From contig CAXXGO010000006.1 of NCBI GenBank assembly GCA_963666835.2, positions 672,001 through 736,000 of the forward strand: a DNA stretch of 64,000 bases. Reading direction: 5' to 3'. The stretch comes from Phycisphaerae bacterium (GTDB lineage Bacteria > Planctomycetota > Phycisphaerae > UBA1845). Under the pieces are notes generated by a model. It was not told the origin of the DNA, ran no database searches, and saw only the letters and a program-made list of their open reading frames with translations. Made by a program: the position numbers and the translations under genes. Below, piece by piece: positions 40,694 through 51,259 of the stretch (positions are counted from its first letter, which is position 1; each line of letters starts with the position of its first letter).

Positions 40694-41503
40694 ATGAAAG
40701 TCGGAATCCTCACCAGCGTCGACACCCGCCATCGCTATTTTGCGCGGGCGCTGGCTCGCGCCGTTAAGGTCGTGGCGGTTGGTTATGAGCAAACGGGGTA
40801 CTCGCCGGCGGCAGTATCCCCAACCGGCCTGTCTCCGGAAGAGGCCTGTGTTGTCGAGCGTCATTTCGCCGAGCGTTCCCGACAGGAAGAGCTGTTCTTC
40901 GGGACTGATAGCGAGTTCCTTAACGACGAGGCCGGGATTCGCGTTATCCACTTGGCGCCCGGTACGTTGAACGACGTCGAGACCGTATCGACGTTCGAGG
41001 ATGCCGGGGTAGATACGGTGGCGGTCTATGGAACGAACCTGCTCAAGCCGCCGCTGCTGGGGCGGTGGGGCGATCGGATGATCAACCTCCATTTGGGCCT
41101 TTCGCCGTACTACCGTGGGACGGCCACGAACTTCTATCCACTTCTGAACGAAGAGCCGCAGTATGTAGGGGCGACGATCCACGTGCTGGCGTCCGGTATC
41201 GACAATGGTCCGATTCTGCGTCATGCCCGCCCCGAGATTACCGCCGCCGATATGCCTCATACAATCGGATGCAAGGCGATTCAGGCCGGAATCACCGCGA
41301 TGATCGGGGTGCTGGCCGATCTGGAGAACGGTGTATTCAATCCCGTCCCGCAGTGGCCGGTGCCCAACCCGCGCCTCTACCTGCGCAAGGACTACCACCC
41401 CCGCCAGGTTGTGGAACTCTACCGCAAGATCGAAGCCGGTCTGATCCGCGACTACGTTGCTGCGGGCTGCGCTCGTACCGAGCGGATAAGACTCGTGGTT
41501 TGA
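40694..41503 (+). CDS. Formyltransferase-family protein
   Basis: INLHLGLSPYYRG and IDNGPI motifs. Confidence 0.85.
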   Translation: MKVGILTSVDTRHRYFARALARAVKVVAVGYEQTGYSPAAVSPTGLSPEEACVVERHFAERSRQEELFFGTDSEFLNDEAGIRVIHLAPGTLNDVETVSTFEDAGVDTVAVYGTNLLKPPLLGRWGDRMINLHLGLSPYYRGTATNFYPLLNEEPQYVGATIHVLASGIDNGPILRHARPEITAADMPHTIGCKAIQAGITAMIGVLADLENGVFNPVPQWPVPNPRLYLRKDYHPRQVVELYRKIEAGLIRDYVAAGCARTERIRLVV

Positions 41504-41595
41504 CGCCGCGGTGACCCTTCCTTCGCCCGGTGTTATATCGCAGTGGACAGAAACTCTCGTACACAGATAAAGACGCGGCACCCGCTTTGCGTTTT

Positions 41596-41722
41596 GGGCG
41601 AAGGGTGGGGAATCGATTGTGGAAGGCGGGTGTCCGTCGGATTATCGTCCGTCCCCCACCCATCCCGGCGGTGAGCTGACGCGGTTGTTCGAGGGCGGCG
41701 GGCGCCGGTATGGGGCACCCGC
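41596..41722 (-). repeat. Empty copy of the intron-target element with a perfect target
   Basis: Reverse complement ccgccgggatgggtggggg^acggacgataatccga equals the ligated-exon context of the filled sites. Confidence 0.88.
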
Positions 41723-42155
41723 GCCGGGCGCGCGGCGGCGGTTACCGGACACTGACGCGGTTGTTTGGGCGGTTGGCCGGCGGTGCTCGCGGGTTGCGTC
41801 TCAGCGGTTGAAGCGGAAGCCCTATAAGAGCCAGACTGGCGGCACTGAATTCCAGTAACGAGATTTTCCTAAAGAACCTGTTTGCCCGAGCCCGGATTGT
41901 TTCTTACATCATAAGTGTGAGCATTGGACACGCAGAAGTCGACCGATCCGGAGGGCGAAAGAAGCAGCATTCATCGTCCAGTCCTATCGGCAACGCGTCG
42001 CGAAGCGATCGTGACTAGTCGACACCGCGCCTGTACCACAATCCGCGACCCCTGGGAGGTCCGGGTTTCCATCGAGGGACCAGGCCCCAGTTTGGGCTTT
42101 GCTCGTCCTTCGAAGGCGGCATGATCCGCCCAAAAACGGAAGAGGAGTTGAAGAT

Positions 42156-42320
42156 ATGAATACGTTGAAGAGGTTCCTGAAGTCCGAAGACGGCCCGACG
42201 GCAACGGAATACGCTGTTATGCTGTCGCTGATCATCGTCGCCTGCATTGCCACGGTATCGCTGCTGGGCTCGTCGGTGAACGATATGTTCGCCAGTGTTG
42301 ACGATGCGCTCAGTGAGTAG
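42156..42320 (+). CDS. Flp family type IVb pilin
   Basis: MNTLKRFLKSEDG-PTATEYAVML followed by a hydrophobic segment; GAGGAG RBS. Confidence 0.92.
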   Translation: MNTLKRFLKSEDGPTATEYAVMLSLIIVACIATVSLLGSSVNDMFASVDDALSE

Positions 42321-42378
42321 GACGGCGTTTAAGGACAACCGGCCGGGTAGATCGTTGCGGTCGGGAGCTTGACAACTC

Positions 42379-42426
42379 AGCGGTGGGCGCTGCCGAACCT
42401 TCGGTGGCGACCCACCGCTTTTTTTG
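42379..42426 (+). terminator. Intrinsic terminator
   Basis: agcggtggg...cccaccgct hairpin followed by a T run. Confidence 0.75.
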
Positions 42427-42546
42427 ATTCTTCGTGAGCCGGTGGGAGGGCATGCGTTGCGAAGGTCAGTCACGCGCAAATCAGCAGGCGATTGCTGCGC
42501 AGTACCGGTTTGAGCCGGTCAACGTTGGGGTCCGGTTGCGGTGGGA

Positions 42547-43527
42547 TCAGTCGACGGCCACTACGGACCTATACACTTCTCCGCAAGGTTTGAAGTACTC
42601 TGCTCCAACCGCTTGCCAGTCTACGCAATCCCGGCAGACCGGAGGTAGCCGATTCCATTCGTGGTTGCGATGGTCCTGGCGGAGCTGCCGCATAGTCGAG
42701 GTCCAGATCTGCTCGATGGACTGCTCGTTGACGTTTCCACCGACGAAACGCCCCTCGCTGTCAACGGCGCAGGCTACGACGTCGCCGTTCCACTGGATAG
42801 TGCAGGTGTTATTGACCCATGGGCAGGCGATACGCTGATTGTAATCGGTGGCCAGGTTGACGGCCTCGACGTGCCCCGTCCAGGTGAGTTTCTCGCGGAT
42901 CTTCACGTCTGCTCCGAGACTGAGCCAATACTCGGCGAAGGCCGCGGCCTCGTGCTCGTTATCGTCCATTTTAGAGAATTGGCAGATAATCAGCGGCGTC
43001 TCGATTCCCAAAGAGTCCAGCTCGCGTTTCCGTTCCAGCAACTCGCGTACTCCGGCATAGACCGGCTCGAACTTCCCGTGGGGATCGCGGGTGAAGCGAA
43101 TGCGCTCGAACGTCTCTTTGGTGAACCCGTCCAAGCTGAGCAGGAATCGGCGCAAGCCGCACGTCAGAATCTCGTCGATGAACTCGCCGCGGCAGAACGA
43201 TCCGTTGGAATTCAACACGATGTTGGTCAGACCGAGTTCGCGGGCTTGGCGGATCTTAGAATAGAGCCGATCGCGCAGTACGAGCGCCTCGCCGTAGAAG
43301 GTCGGCCAGAATTCGGCATCCGGAGCCTTCTCGGCCACCTCTTCGACGATCTTCGTCCAAAGCTCGTCGCTCATGGTTCCTTTCTTCCGCTGCAGCGCGG
43401 CGTGGTGGCAGTGGCTGCACTGGAAGTTGCACAGCGCCGTCGTCTCGGCCACGATCTGCGGAGGAAAGTCGTGCTCCCTGAGGTTCGCTTCTATTCCCAA
43501 CAACGCCCGTAGTTTCTCTTTGTTCAT
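42547..43527 (-). CDS. Radical SAM/SPASM protein
   Basis: CNFQCSHC; C-terminal CPW..GDVVAC..GNV..CRDC. Confidence 0.9.
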   Translation of the reverse strand: MNKEKLRALLGIEANLREHDFPPQIVAETTALCNFQCSHCHHAALQRKKGTMSDELWTKIVEEVAEKAPDAEFWPTFYGEALVLRDRLYSKIRQARELGLTNIVLNSNGSFCRGEFIDEILTCGLRRFLLSLDGFTKETFERIRFTRDPHGKFEPVYAGVRELLERKRELDSLGIETPLIICQFSKMDDNEHEAAAFAEYWLSLGADVKIREKLTWTGHVEAVNLATDYNQRIACPWVNNTCTIQWNGDVVACAVDSEGRFVGGNVNEQSIEQIWTSTMRQLRQDHRNHEWNRLPPVCRDCVDWQAVGAEYFKPCGEVYRSVVAVD

Positions 43528-43551
43528 CCGTTTCAGCCCTCAGGTCTTGGA

Positions 43552-44739
43552 TCAGTTAGTTGTCACCGCTGCGCAAACCGGCTGCTCCGCGGCAATCTGC
43601 GCGTTACCGACGGTCTCGACCACGGCCGCGATTACCCGTTCGACCTCGTCGTCGGTCATTTGGGGGAATAGCGGCAGGCTCAGGGTCCGGTCGCCAATGG
43701 ATTCGGCGTGGGGCAGGTCGCCGCGCCGGAACCCGAAGGACGTTCTGAAATAGCGGAGCAGGTGAATCGCCCGGTAGTTGACGACCACGCTGATTCCGCG
43801 CCGCTCCAATTCGGCGATGATCTTGTCACGCCTGTTCGCATCGACCCAAATCGGGAACAGATGCCGTGCCGACCAGGACGCCTTTTGCACCAAGGGCATA
43901 TCGAGCCCGGCAAGGCCTGCGAAGGCATCCTCGTAACGTGCACAGATTTCCCGGCGCCGCGCACATTGCTCGTCCAACTTGCGGATTTGCGGGACCAGCA
44001 ACGCCCCACGGATGTTGTCCAGATTGTATTTCCACCCCGGCTCGTCCATGTCCCAATGCCGATAAGGCTTGTGATAACGATCTGCGGCGGACGAGGTCAT
44101 TCCGTGCAGCGCCAGTCTTCGAACCCGTTTCGCCAGCGCTCGGTCATTAGTGGCCAACGCCCCACCCTCGCCGCAGGTCATGGCCTTGGTGGCATAGAAC
44201 GAGAAGCAGGCTGCGCGGCTGTGGCTGCCCGGCCGGACCACGCCGCGGCGGGCTTCGACGCAGTGGGCGCTGTCCTCGATCAGCGAGAGGTCTCGCGCCC
44301 GGGCGAAGCGGCTCAGCGACTCCATATCGCAAAGCAGACCGTACAGATGGACCGGGATGATAGCACGAGTGAGCGGGGTTACCCGCGATGCTACGGTTTC
44401 GGCGGTCAGACAGCCGGTTTGCGGATCGACATCCGCGAAGACGGGGACCGCCCCGGCCATGAGTACGGCATTGGCCGTAGCCACGAATGTCATCGCCGGG
44501 ACGATGACTTCGTCACCGGGGCCGATGTCCTCGGCCAGCAGGGCCAGGTGGAGCGCGGCCGTGCCGGAATCCAGGCAGACCACTTCGGCCACGTCAAGAT
44601 AGTCGGCCAGAGCCTGCTCGGCGCGGGTTACCGCGGCTCCGGTTGTGAGGATCGGGTCGTTAAGAGCGGCCAGCACCGCGGCCTTCTCTTCGTCTCCGAG
44701 AGCGTGCCGGAAGAACTCGACGCGTTTATCAGAAGACAT
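43552..44739 (-). CDS. DegT/DnrJ/EryC1/StrS sugar aminotransferase
   Basis: SGTAALHLAL, TFVATANA, IEDSAH, FSFYATKAMTCGEGG. Confidence 0.93.
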   Translation of the reverse strand: MSSDKRVEFFRHALGDEEKAAVLAALNDPILTTGAAVTRAEQALADYLDVAEVVCLDSGTAALHLALLAEDIGPGDEVIVPAMTFVATANAVLMAGAVPVFADVDPQTGCLTAETVASRVTPLTRAIIPVHLYGLLCDMESLSRFARARDLSLIEDSAHCVEARRGVVRPGSHSRAACFSFYATKAMTCGEGGALATNDRALAKRVRRLALHGMTSSAADRYHKPYRHWDMDEPGWKYNLDNIRGALLVPQIRKLDEQCARRREICARYEDAFAGLAGLDMPLVQKASWSARHLFPIWVDANRRDKIIAELERRGISVVVNYRAIHLLRYFRTSFGFRRGDLPHAESIGDRTLSLPLFPQMTDDEVERVIAAVVETVGNAQIAAEQPVCAAVTTN

Positions 44740-45790
44740 CGCCGGCCTCCGCGGCGCGCTGCCGGGGCGCCGACCGGGTAAGGCTACCCAACCACCGGAA
44801 CCCGGATCGCAGCAGTGCTACCGTCGCTCCGGCACAGATGAACCAGCTCAGGAAGGTGTGCATGGCCAGGGCTACTACGGCGAATGCGATTCCGCGTTCC
44901 TGCAGGCACAGCCGCAGGAACCGGTGGTTCAATCCGACCGCCGCCAGGCCGCAGAGCAGGGCCAAAGTCCAAACCGGCGGGTGCCACAGGGCGAGAACTG
45001 CAGTCAGACAAGTTAGCGTTGACAGAATGGCCACCGCGGCCTCGCGGCTGGTGCTCCCTACGCTGTCCGCGCCGGGCGATTCCGAGCGTAGATCCCACCA
45101 CATGATGACCCGGCGGAAGTATAGCTTAGCCTGATTCAGCAGGGTGTCATACCTATGACGCACGCGGATGTTGGTACTGAAGGGGATCATGCCGTGCGCC
45201 CGGCGGAAGCGATAACCGAACTCGTAATCCTCGACATCGGCCGACGGGAGGTCTTCGTTGAAGCCGCCCACAGCGAGCATTGCCGAGCGTTTTATCGTAA
45301 AGGCCCGAGCACCGATGTGTCCGACGTACGTGATTCCGCTTTCGCGGTCCATCACCCAACTGGCATCGAGCAGGGCCTTGTATTCCGGAAAGAGCCCCGA
45401 GTTGATCGGGTGGCGGTCGCAAGATCCGCCGCATACGAGGAAGTCGGGATGCTCCTGGTAAATCTGCAGAATCGCGTCTATGACTCCCGGCACCACCGCG
45501 GTGTCGGAATCCACGAAGAAGAGCAACTCGCACCGGGCCTGGCGGGCACCGCGATTGCGCGCCGCGGCCGGGCCCCGGTTGTGCTCCTGACGAACGAAAC
45601 ACACTTGCGGGTAGCGGCTTTTGAGCCGGTCGTAGATACCGGGATCCGGCGAGCAATCATCGACCACGATCACTTCGATCCGATGGAGGTCGCCCTCCAG
45701 GGACTTAAGGAGGGTGGCGATGTCGTCAGGCCGGTTGTACGCCGGGACTACGACGCTCAGTACCGGATTGCGCGGAGTCTCTTCCATCAT
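44729..45790 (-). CDS. Family 2 glycosyltransferase with C-terminal TM segments
   Basis: SVVVPAYN, VVDDCS, GPAAARNRG, FVDSD, GGFNE..EDYE. Confidence 0.9.
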   Translation of the reverse strand: MMEETPRNPVLSVVVPAYNRPDDIATLLKSLEGDLHRIEVIVVDDCSPDPGIYDRLKSRYPQVCFVRQEHNRGPAAARNRGARQARCELLFFVDSDTAVVPGVIDAILQIYQEHPDFLVCGGSCDRHPINSGLFPEYKALLDASWVMDRESGITYVGHIGARAFTIKRSAMLAVGGFNEDLPSADVEDYEFGYRFRRAHGMIPFSTNIRVRHRYDTLLNQAKLYFRRVIMWWDLRSESPGADSVGSTSREAAVAILSTLTCLTAVLALWHPPVWTLALLCGLAAVGLNHRFLRLCLQERGIAFAVVALAMHTFLSWFICAGATVALLRSGFRWLGSLTRSAPRQRAAEAGDVF

Positions 45791-46892
45791 GGTCCTTTGT
45801 TTGATGGAGCAAACCGGCCAGCACCCGCGGGTATTGCAGCGGATTGAAGGCCAGCGACGCATATATGGCACACTCGAAAGTACACCGGCATTTGCTCTTG
45901 CGGATATAATCGCGGATATTCCGCGCGTTCTTGTCGCCGAGCAGCTTAACGATGTCGAGATCATAATCGCGGACGTTTCCGAGCAGGGACTCCCGGCGGT
46001 CCGCGAGGATCTCGCACGGTACGACGTCGCCGTTGGAGTAAACCTCCACCAGCTTGCGCCCGGCCACGCAGGGGATGACGTATTCATCGTGCTTGGCCAC
46101 CCGGGTTACCACGGAGCGCATCGCGTTGGCCAAGGCTCTTAGCGGCAAACTGAGATATTGCCCGGAACGGTTCTCCTCGCGGTGCAGGAGATCCGTCATG
46201 GTTTCGTAGGCCTCAAGGGGCACATCCTTGGCATCCGGCTCCTTGGTCGAGCCGCGGGCCAGCAGATAGGCGTGCGAATCGACGGCGAACCGGTCCTTGA
46301 CGAACTCGTATAGCTCGGTTGTGTGTTCCCAGTTGTATTTGCTGACCACGGAGGTTACGCCGACGCTGAGGTGATCGCGGCGACCCGCCCGGTCGCGCAG
46401 TTCAACGAGCCGGTCGATGCACCGGCAGGCCTTATCGAAACACCCGGCCACCCCGCGAACGCGCTCGTGGGTTTTCCTCAGACCGTCCAGGCTGGTGGTG
46501 ACCATCAGGTCCAGATCCGGGCAGCGATCGAGGATTTCTTCCACCTGCTCGACCGCCCGATCGGGAAGGGTGCCGTTGGTGATCAGCGTACACTTGGCCA
46601 CGTGGGAGTTGCGGTAGAAAGCCTCGGCGATCTTGGGAAGGTCGCGATTAAGCGTAGGCTCGCCGCCCGTCAGAGTGAGCTGCACGAGATTACGGAACGA
46701 CCGCGACAGCGTCGTGAACTCTTCGAGAGTCAGGTCGTTGGTGCGCTGCTGCATTCGTCCCCACGTCAAGCACATGTCACAACGAAGGTTGCACATGTTG
46801 TTGACGTACAGGATCAGATACGCCGGTTCTCGCGGGCGGGCAAGTGCCCGACCCATGGCGGAGACGACCCGGAGTTTCTTCGCGACGCTCAT
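45726..46892 (-). CDS. Radical SAM/SPASM protein
   Basis: CNLRCDMC, TGGEP, CVAG..NGDVVPCE..C.CTFEC. Confidence 0.9.
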   Translation of the reverse strand: MSVAKKLRVVSAMGRALARPREPAYLILYVNNMCNLRCDMCLTWGRMQQRTNDLTLEEFTTLSRSFRNLVQLTLTGGEPTLNRDLPKIAEAFYRNSHVAKCTLITNGTLPDRAVEQVEEILDRCPDLDLMVTTSLDGLRKTHERVRGVAGCFDKACRCIDRLVELRDRAGRRDHLSVGVTSVVSKYNWEHTTELYEFVKDRFAVDSHAYLLARGSTKEPDAKDVPLEAYETMTDLLHREENRSGQYLSLPLRALANAMRSVVTRVAKHDEYVIPCVAGRKLVEVYSNGDVVPCEILADRRESLLGNVRDYDLDIVKLLGDKNARNIRDYIRKSKCRCTFECAIYASLAFNPLQYPRVLAGLLHQTKDHDGRDSAQSGTERRSPGVQPA

Positions 46893-47076
46893 GCAGTCCT
46901 CCCGGCAACGACCGTGTTGGCCGCCGGTACGAGGTATTTCCCCGGGAGGTCATCGGCCCGGCGGTTACCATGTAGGATATCGGTCTATCCCCGATGCCGG
47001 ATAAGCAAACGGCGCTTTTCTCGGACCGACAGGCCTGGGCAGCCACGTAACGCAGGCTTTTAGCCTGCTAGAGCGT

Positions 47077-47367
47077 GGGTGCCCCGTCCTTCGCCCTGGG
47101 CGATATCGCAGTAGGCTGAGAGGTCTCGTGTATAGGCGTAGTTGCGGCATGCCGGGTGCCATGGTCCACGCTTGCGTGGCCATGAAGGTCGGCAGCCCCG
47201 TAGGGCACGGTCGAGGCACGAGACCTGCCGCAAAGGCGCGCGGCGCGCGAAAACTGATTGCGGAACAGGATCACCTCTCGGATCTTCATCCGTCCCCCCA
47301 CCCATTCCGGCGGGGAATCGGCGAGGCTGTTCCAGGTCGGCCCGCGCCGGAATGAAAGGGCACCCGC
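47077..47367 (-). repeat. Empty copy of the intron-target element (6-G variant) with an internal GTAG REP at 47200-47229
   Basis: Both terminal inverted repeats are present; target reads ggaatgggtgggggg-acggatg. Confidence 0.82.
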
Positions 47368-47415
47368 CGCCACATTGATTTACCGGTTGCACTTCGCTTT
47401 GATGGACAATTCGGG

Positions 47416-48924
47416 CTAGCCAGTCATGGCTGGGGCGGTTTCGGGGGCGGTATCACCTACCGAGAGTGGGGCGGGTCTCCAGCGCTTATTCCGCCGCCGA
47501 CGGAGTTTTCGCAGCAGTGGGTTGATCCCGAACAGGCGAATGTGCGACAGGTATTGCCCGAAGGAGACTCCGCCGAACTTGTAGACGTAGAAGGCGAAGT
47601 GCGTCATGAAGAGGACGTTGAACAGCAGGGGCAGCCGGAACTTCGTTAACCACACCAGCAACGGCGTCAACCGAGGGAAGATCATACACAGGTAGTACAC
47701 TCTCTTGAGGTTGGCAAGGCGCTGGCGGTCCGGCAGATCCAGGTGCATATCGTGATGGAACGTGGAATCGAATTCGCGGTCGGCCGGAAGGTACTTCTGG
47801 ACCTCCGGCAGCTCCGTCATGGGGATGCCGGGATACGGCTGGAAGAACGTAGTCCACAGATACGTCGGTTTAAGCGCCCGGTAGAAAGGAAGGCGGTCGA
47901 CGTGATCCTGTACGGTATCTCCCGGGAGCCCGAAGAAGGCCCCGGATACGTACTCGATCTTGTATTTCCTGAGCAAGCGTCCGACTCGCAAGTACTCTTC
48001 GTCCCGGACGTGCTTGTTCATCATGTCGCGACGTTGTGCGTAGCTGCCGGTCTCGGCGGAAACCCCCATACTCTTCGCCCCGGCCTCGGCCATCAAACGG
48101 ATATCATCCTCCGTAGTAATCCCGCCGAAGCGGAAATTGGCCTTGAACGGCAGACCGATTCGGTCGCGGTAAAGGGTCAGAAACTCGCGTAGCCACCTGT
48201 TATCCAGCCAGAGCACTTCGTCGGTGAAATAGACTTCCTTGATCTTGACCGGTCGCCGGCGAATCCTCAATTCGATCTCTTGAATGACTGCCTCGGGTGG
48301 GCGTTTGCGAACGTAGCCGCGTCCGAAGTGCTTGGACAAAACCGCGTTCGCGCAGAACGCGCAGCAAAACGGGCAGCCGCGGCCCGCGGCAATCCGCAGG
48401 TGGCCGCTCTTAAGAAACCGGGGGTATTTGTCGTAAAGCTCCAGGTCGTGGAGCGGCAGCTTATTGATGTCGAGCAGCGCGCTCGGGTGAGGGTTTTTGA
48501 TAATTCCGTTCTCCGTCTTCACCCAGCAGCTTTCAAGATGCGTGAAGGGTTCTTTATTATCGAGGCGACGGGCTAGTTCCGTCATAGGAAGCTCGCCCTC
48601 GCCGTGGCAGACGATATCCACGCCGGGATTCTCGATGATGTCCGGATTCATGATTGCGTGGACGTTGCCGAAGATGGTGACGGCCCCGGTTGTTTCCTTC
48701 ACGCGCTGCGCCATTCGCAGGGCCCACGGAACTGTCGGAGTCAGGATCGAGAAACCGACGATGTCCGGTCGGAAGGCTGTAACTTCTTGCAGAAGCCGGT
48801 TTCCGTCGGTTTCGCATTCGATGAAGACCTCGACGGAGTGCCCGGCCTCTTTGAGGACGGCGGAGATGGACATCAGGCCCATGTACTCCATCATCACATC
48901 CTGACACAACGCTACCCGAGCCAT
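47416..48924 (-). CDS. B12-binding radical SAM protein
   Basis: N-terminal cobalamin-binding domain (GLMSISAVLKEAGH, PDIVGFS, GEGE); RGCPFCCAFC. Confidence 0.92.
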   Translation of the reverse strand: MARVALCQDVMMEYMGLMSISAVLKEAGHSVEVFIECETDGNRLLQEVTAFRPDIVGFSILTPTVPWALRMAQRVKETTGAVTIFGNVHAIMNPDIIENPGVDIVCHGEGELPMTELARRLDNKEPFTHLESCWVKTENGIIKNPHPSALLDINKLPLHDLELYDKYPRFLKSGHLRIAAGRGCPFCCAFCANAVLSKHFGRGYVRKRPPEAVIQEIELRIRRRPVKIKEVYFTDEVLWLDNRWLREFLTLYRDRIGLPFKANFRFGGITTEDDIRLMAEAGAKSMGVSAETGSYAQRRDMMNKHVRDEEYLRVGRLLRKYKIEYVSGAFFGLPGDTVQDHVDRLPFYRALKPTYLWTTFFQPYPGIPMTELPEVQKYLPADREFDSTFHHDMHLDLPDRQRLANLKRVYYLCMIFPRLTPLLVWLTKFRLPLLFNVLFMTHFAFYVYKFGGVSFGQYLSHIRLFGINPLLRKLRRRRNKRWRPAPLSVGDTAPETAPAMTG

Positions 48925-49269
48925 AGTTGATCCTCACGGCAGACCTATGACGGCGCGCACGCGACGGCGCGCGCGGTTTCTGCCATCTCTGTTTATCGGA
49001 TGTTGCCGGGGGGTACTGATGTTATCGGTCGCGCGGGCCGGGCGCGGGCGGACGGGATGGCTGCGTTGCACAATCCAGCAGGCAGGATGCCCGCGTTACG
49101 CGACCGTGCAGGCAGGATGCCTGCGTCACGCAAGATGCCTGTGTTACGGTCGTAAATTCGTTATTGCGAATGTCCGATATTCCCTCTGAGAGGTGTGTTA
49201 TCGGCCTTCGGGTCTGCTCTTTCCGGTTATGGCGAAGGGGGTGTGCCCGATCGTCCAAGAGGTCTACAA

Positions 49270-51237
49270 GTGTGTGGAATCTGCGGGTTCGTTGGGAAAA
49301 GCGACCGGTCGAAGTTGGCCGCGATGACTGCCGCTCTGCGCCATCGCGGCCCGGACGATGAGGCATTTTTCGTCAGCGATCAAGCCTGTCTGGGGGCACG
49401 GCGGCTGGCCATCGTAGATGTGGACCACGGCCGGCAGCCGATGACCAGCGAAGACGGCTCGATTGTCGTCGTCTTCAACGGCGAGATCTACAACGCCGAT
49501 GCTCTTCGGAGGCAACTCCAAGCGCGGGGGCATCGTTTCAGCACCCGGTGCGATACCGAAGTCATCCCCCACCTCTATGAGGAGTGCGGCGACGGCTTTG
49601 CGCAAGTACTGAACGGGCAGTTCGCCATCGCGGTTTGGGAGGTTCGAAACCGGCGGCTGTTGTTGACTCGCGATCGGATCGGCATCAAGCCCCTTTTCTT
49701 CGGTCAACGGCATGGGCGTTTCTTCTTCGGTAGTGAGCTCAAGAGTATTCTGGCCGGTTTGGGTGAACCTCCTCCGATCAGCCTGGAGGCGTTTTACCAT
49801 TATTTGTCGTTCAAGTGCGTTCCGGCTCCATTAACCATCTATGAGGGGTTGTCGGCCGTCCGGCCTGCCGAGCAAGTGGTCTTTCATGACGGCAGGGTGA
49901 CACGCCGTTCGTATTGGTCCTTTGACGGCGCGGTCACCGAGGCTATGGATGAACGGGAAGCGGTCGACCGGTTGGACGCCGCGCTGGCCCGCTCCGTAAA
50001 GCGGCGGATGATCGCCGATGTTCCCGTGGGCGCCATGCTCAGCGGCGGGTTGGATTCGAGCCTGATCGTATCCTACGCGGCCGAGTTGAGCGATCGCCCG
50101 CTCCAGACCTTCACTCTCGGTTTCACCGACGACTTCGCCAACAAGCGCGCGGAGATCGAGGCGGCCCGCAAGGTCGCCCGGCTGTTCGGCACGGAGCACC
50201 ACGAGCACTTCACCACGCACGAGGAGTTGCTCGCCGGGCTGCCGGGGGCGCTGCGGGCGTTTGACGAACCGTTCGCCGGCGTGATGAGTCCGTATTTCCT
50301 TAACCGTCTCGTTCGTCAGCACGTGAAGGTGTGCCTGTCGGGAGACGGAGCTGATGAGCTGTTCGGTTCGTACCTGGCGCACCGTCTGGCTCAGCCGGTT
50401 CGACAGGTACTGTCCCGTGGCGCAGATGCGGTTCGACGCGCGCCCCACCTGCTCGCCCCCTTTGAAAAAGAGGTCGAACGCGTAATCGCCGTCGCGCACC
50501 GCCAGGATTGGGCGTGGCGGGCATCGTTGCTGGTCTTCAGCGATCAGGAGAAACGCGAGTTGCTCAACCCGGACTATCCCGCCTTCGCGACGTTCAGCAC
50601 GGCGGCGATGGTGCGAAGCACTTTTGCGAGGTGCCGGACCAACGACGTCCAGAACCGCCAACAGGAATACGACTGTCGCACCCTGTTGCCGGATCTGGTT
50701 CTGAATTTCAACGATCGGTTGTCCATGGCGCATTCGATCGAAACTCGGGTGCCGTTCCTCGACCACGAGCTGACGGAATACGCCTTTGCCCTGCCCGGGC
50801 GGATGAAGATCCGCGACGGCTGTTGTAAGTGGTTGCTCAAACAGGTCGGGCGTCGGCGGTTGCCGGACGAAATCGTCGATCGCCCCAAAGAAGGCTTCGT
50901 AATGCCGATCAACGCCTGGCAGCGAAGCGCATTCCGTCAGGCTATCGAACAGACTCTTACCCCGAAACGTCTCGCTCGGCACGGCTTCTTCCGCCCGCAG
51001 CGCGTGCAGAACCTGGTCCGTGAGTACTACGCCGGAGAGACGGACCTGCAGTACAAGGTGTGGGCTCTCTACTGTTTTCAAACCTGGTACGAGGGCGCTG
51101 TTGACGGTTACGGTGCCGACGAGTCGGCAGTGGTCCGGCATGACGCGTTAGATATGACACCTGTGCGACATAACCCGGCTTCAGATGTTCGTGTGGAAAC
51201 GCGACTGGAGCAGGCTAACGCGGCGGTCACGCCATAA
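49270..51237 (+). CDS. asnB: Asparagine synthase (glutamine-hydrolysing) family amidotransferase
   Basis: N-terminal CGICG, HRGPD, RLAIVD, NGEIYN, LSGGLDSS, SGDGADELF. Confidence 0.93.
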   Translation: MCGICGFVGKSDRSKLAAMTAALRHRGPDDEAFFVSDQACLGARRLAIVDVDHGRQPMTSEDGSIVVVFNGEIYNADALRRQLQARGHRFSTRCDTEVIPHLYEECGDGFAQVLNGQFAIAVWEVRNRRLLLTRDRIGIKPLFFGQRHGRFFFGSELKSILAGLGEPPPISLEAFYHYLSFKCVPAPLTIYEGLSAVRPAEQVVFHDGRVTRRSYWSFDGAVTEAMDEREAVDRLDAALARSVKRRMIADVPVGAMLSGGLDSSLIVSYAAELSDRPLQTFTLGFTDDFANKRAEIEAARKVARLFGTEHHEHFTTHEELLAGLPGALRAFDEPFAGVMSPYFLNRLVRQHVKVCLSGDGADELFGSYLAHRLAQPVRQVLSRGADAVRRAPHLLAPFEKEVERVIAVAHRQDWAWRASLLVFSDQEKRELLNPDYPAFATFSTAAMVRSTFARCRTNDVQNRQQEYDCRTLLPDLVLNFNDRLSMAHSIETRVPFLDHELTEYAFALPGRMKIRDGCCKWLLKQVGRRRLPDEIVDRPKEGFVMPINAWQRSAFRQAIEQTLTPKRLARHGFFRPQRVQNLVREYYAGETDLQYKVWALYCFQTWYEGAVDGYGADESAVVRHDALDMTPVRHNPASDVRVETRLEQANAAVTP

Positions 51238-51259
51238 CGGTGACCAGGAGCCGACATCT

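Noticed and set aside
41985..42070. c-di-GMP-I riboswitch upstream of flp
   Set aside because: A GGCAA followed by a hairpin is present, but the GAAA tetraloop and GACGCAAAGC consensus are missing.
49831..51141. 436-aa - strand ORF
   Set aside because: Antisense shadow of asnB.
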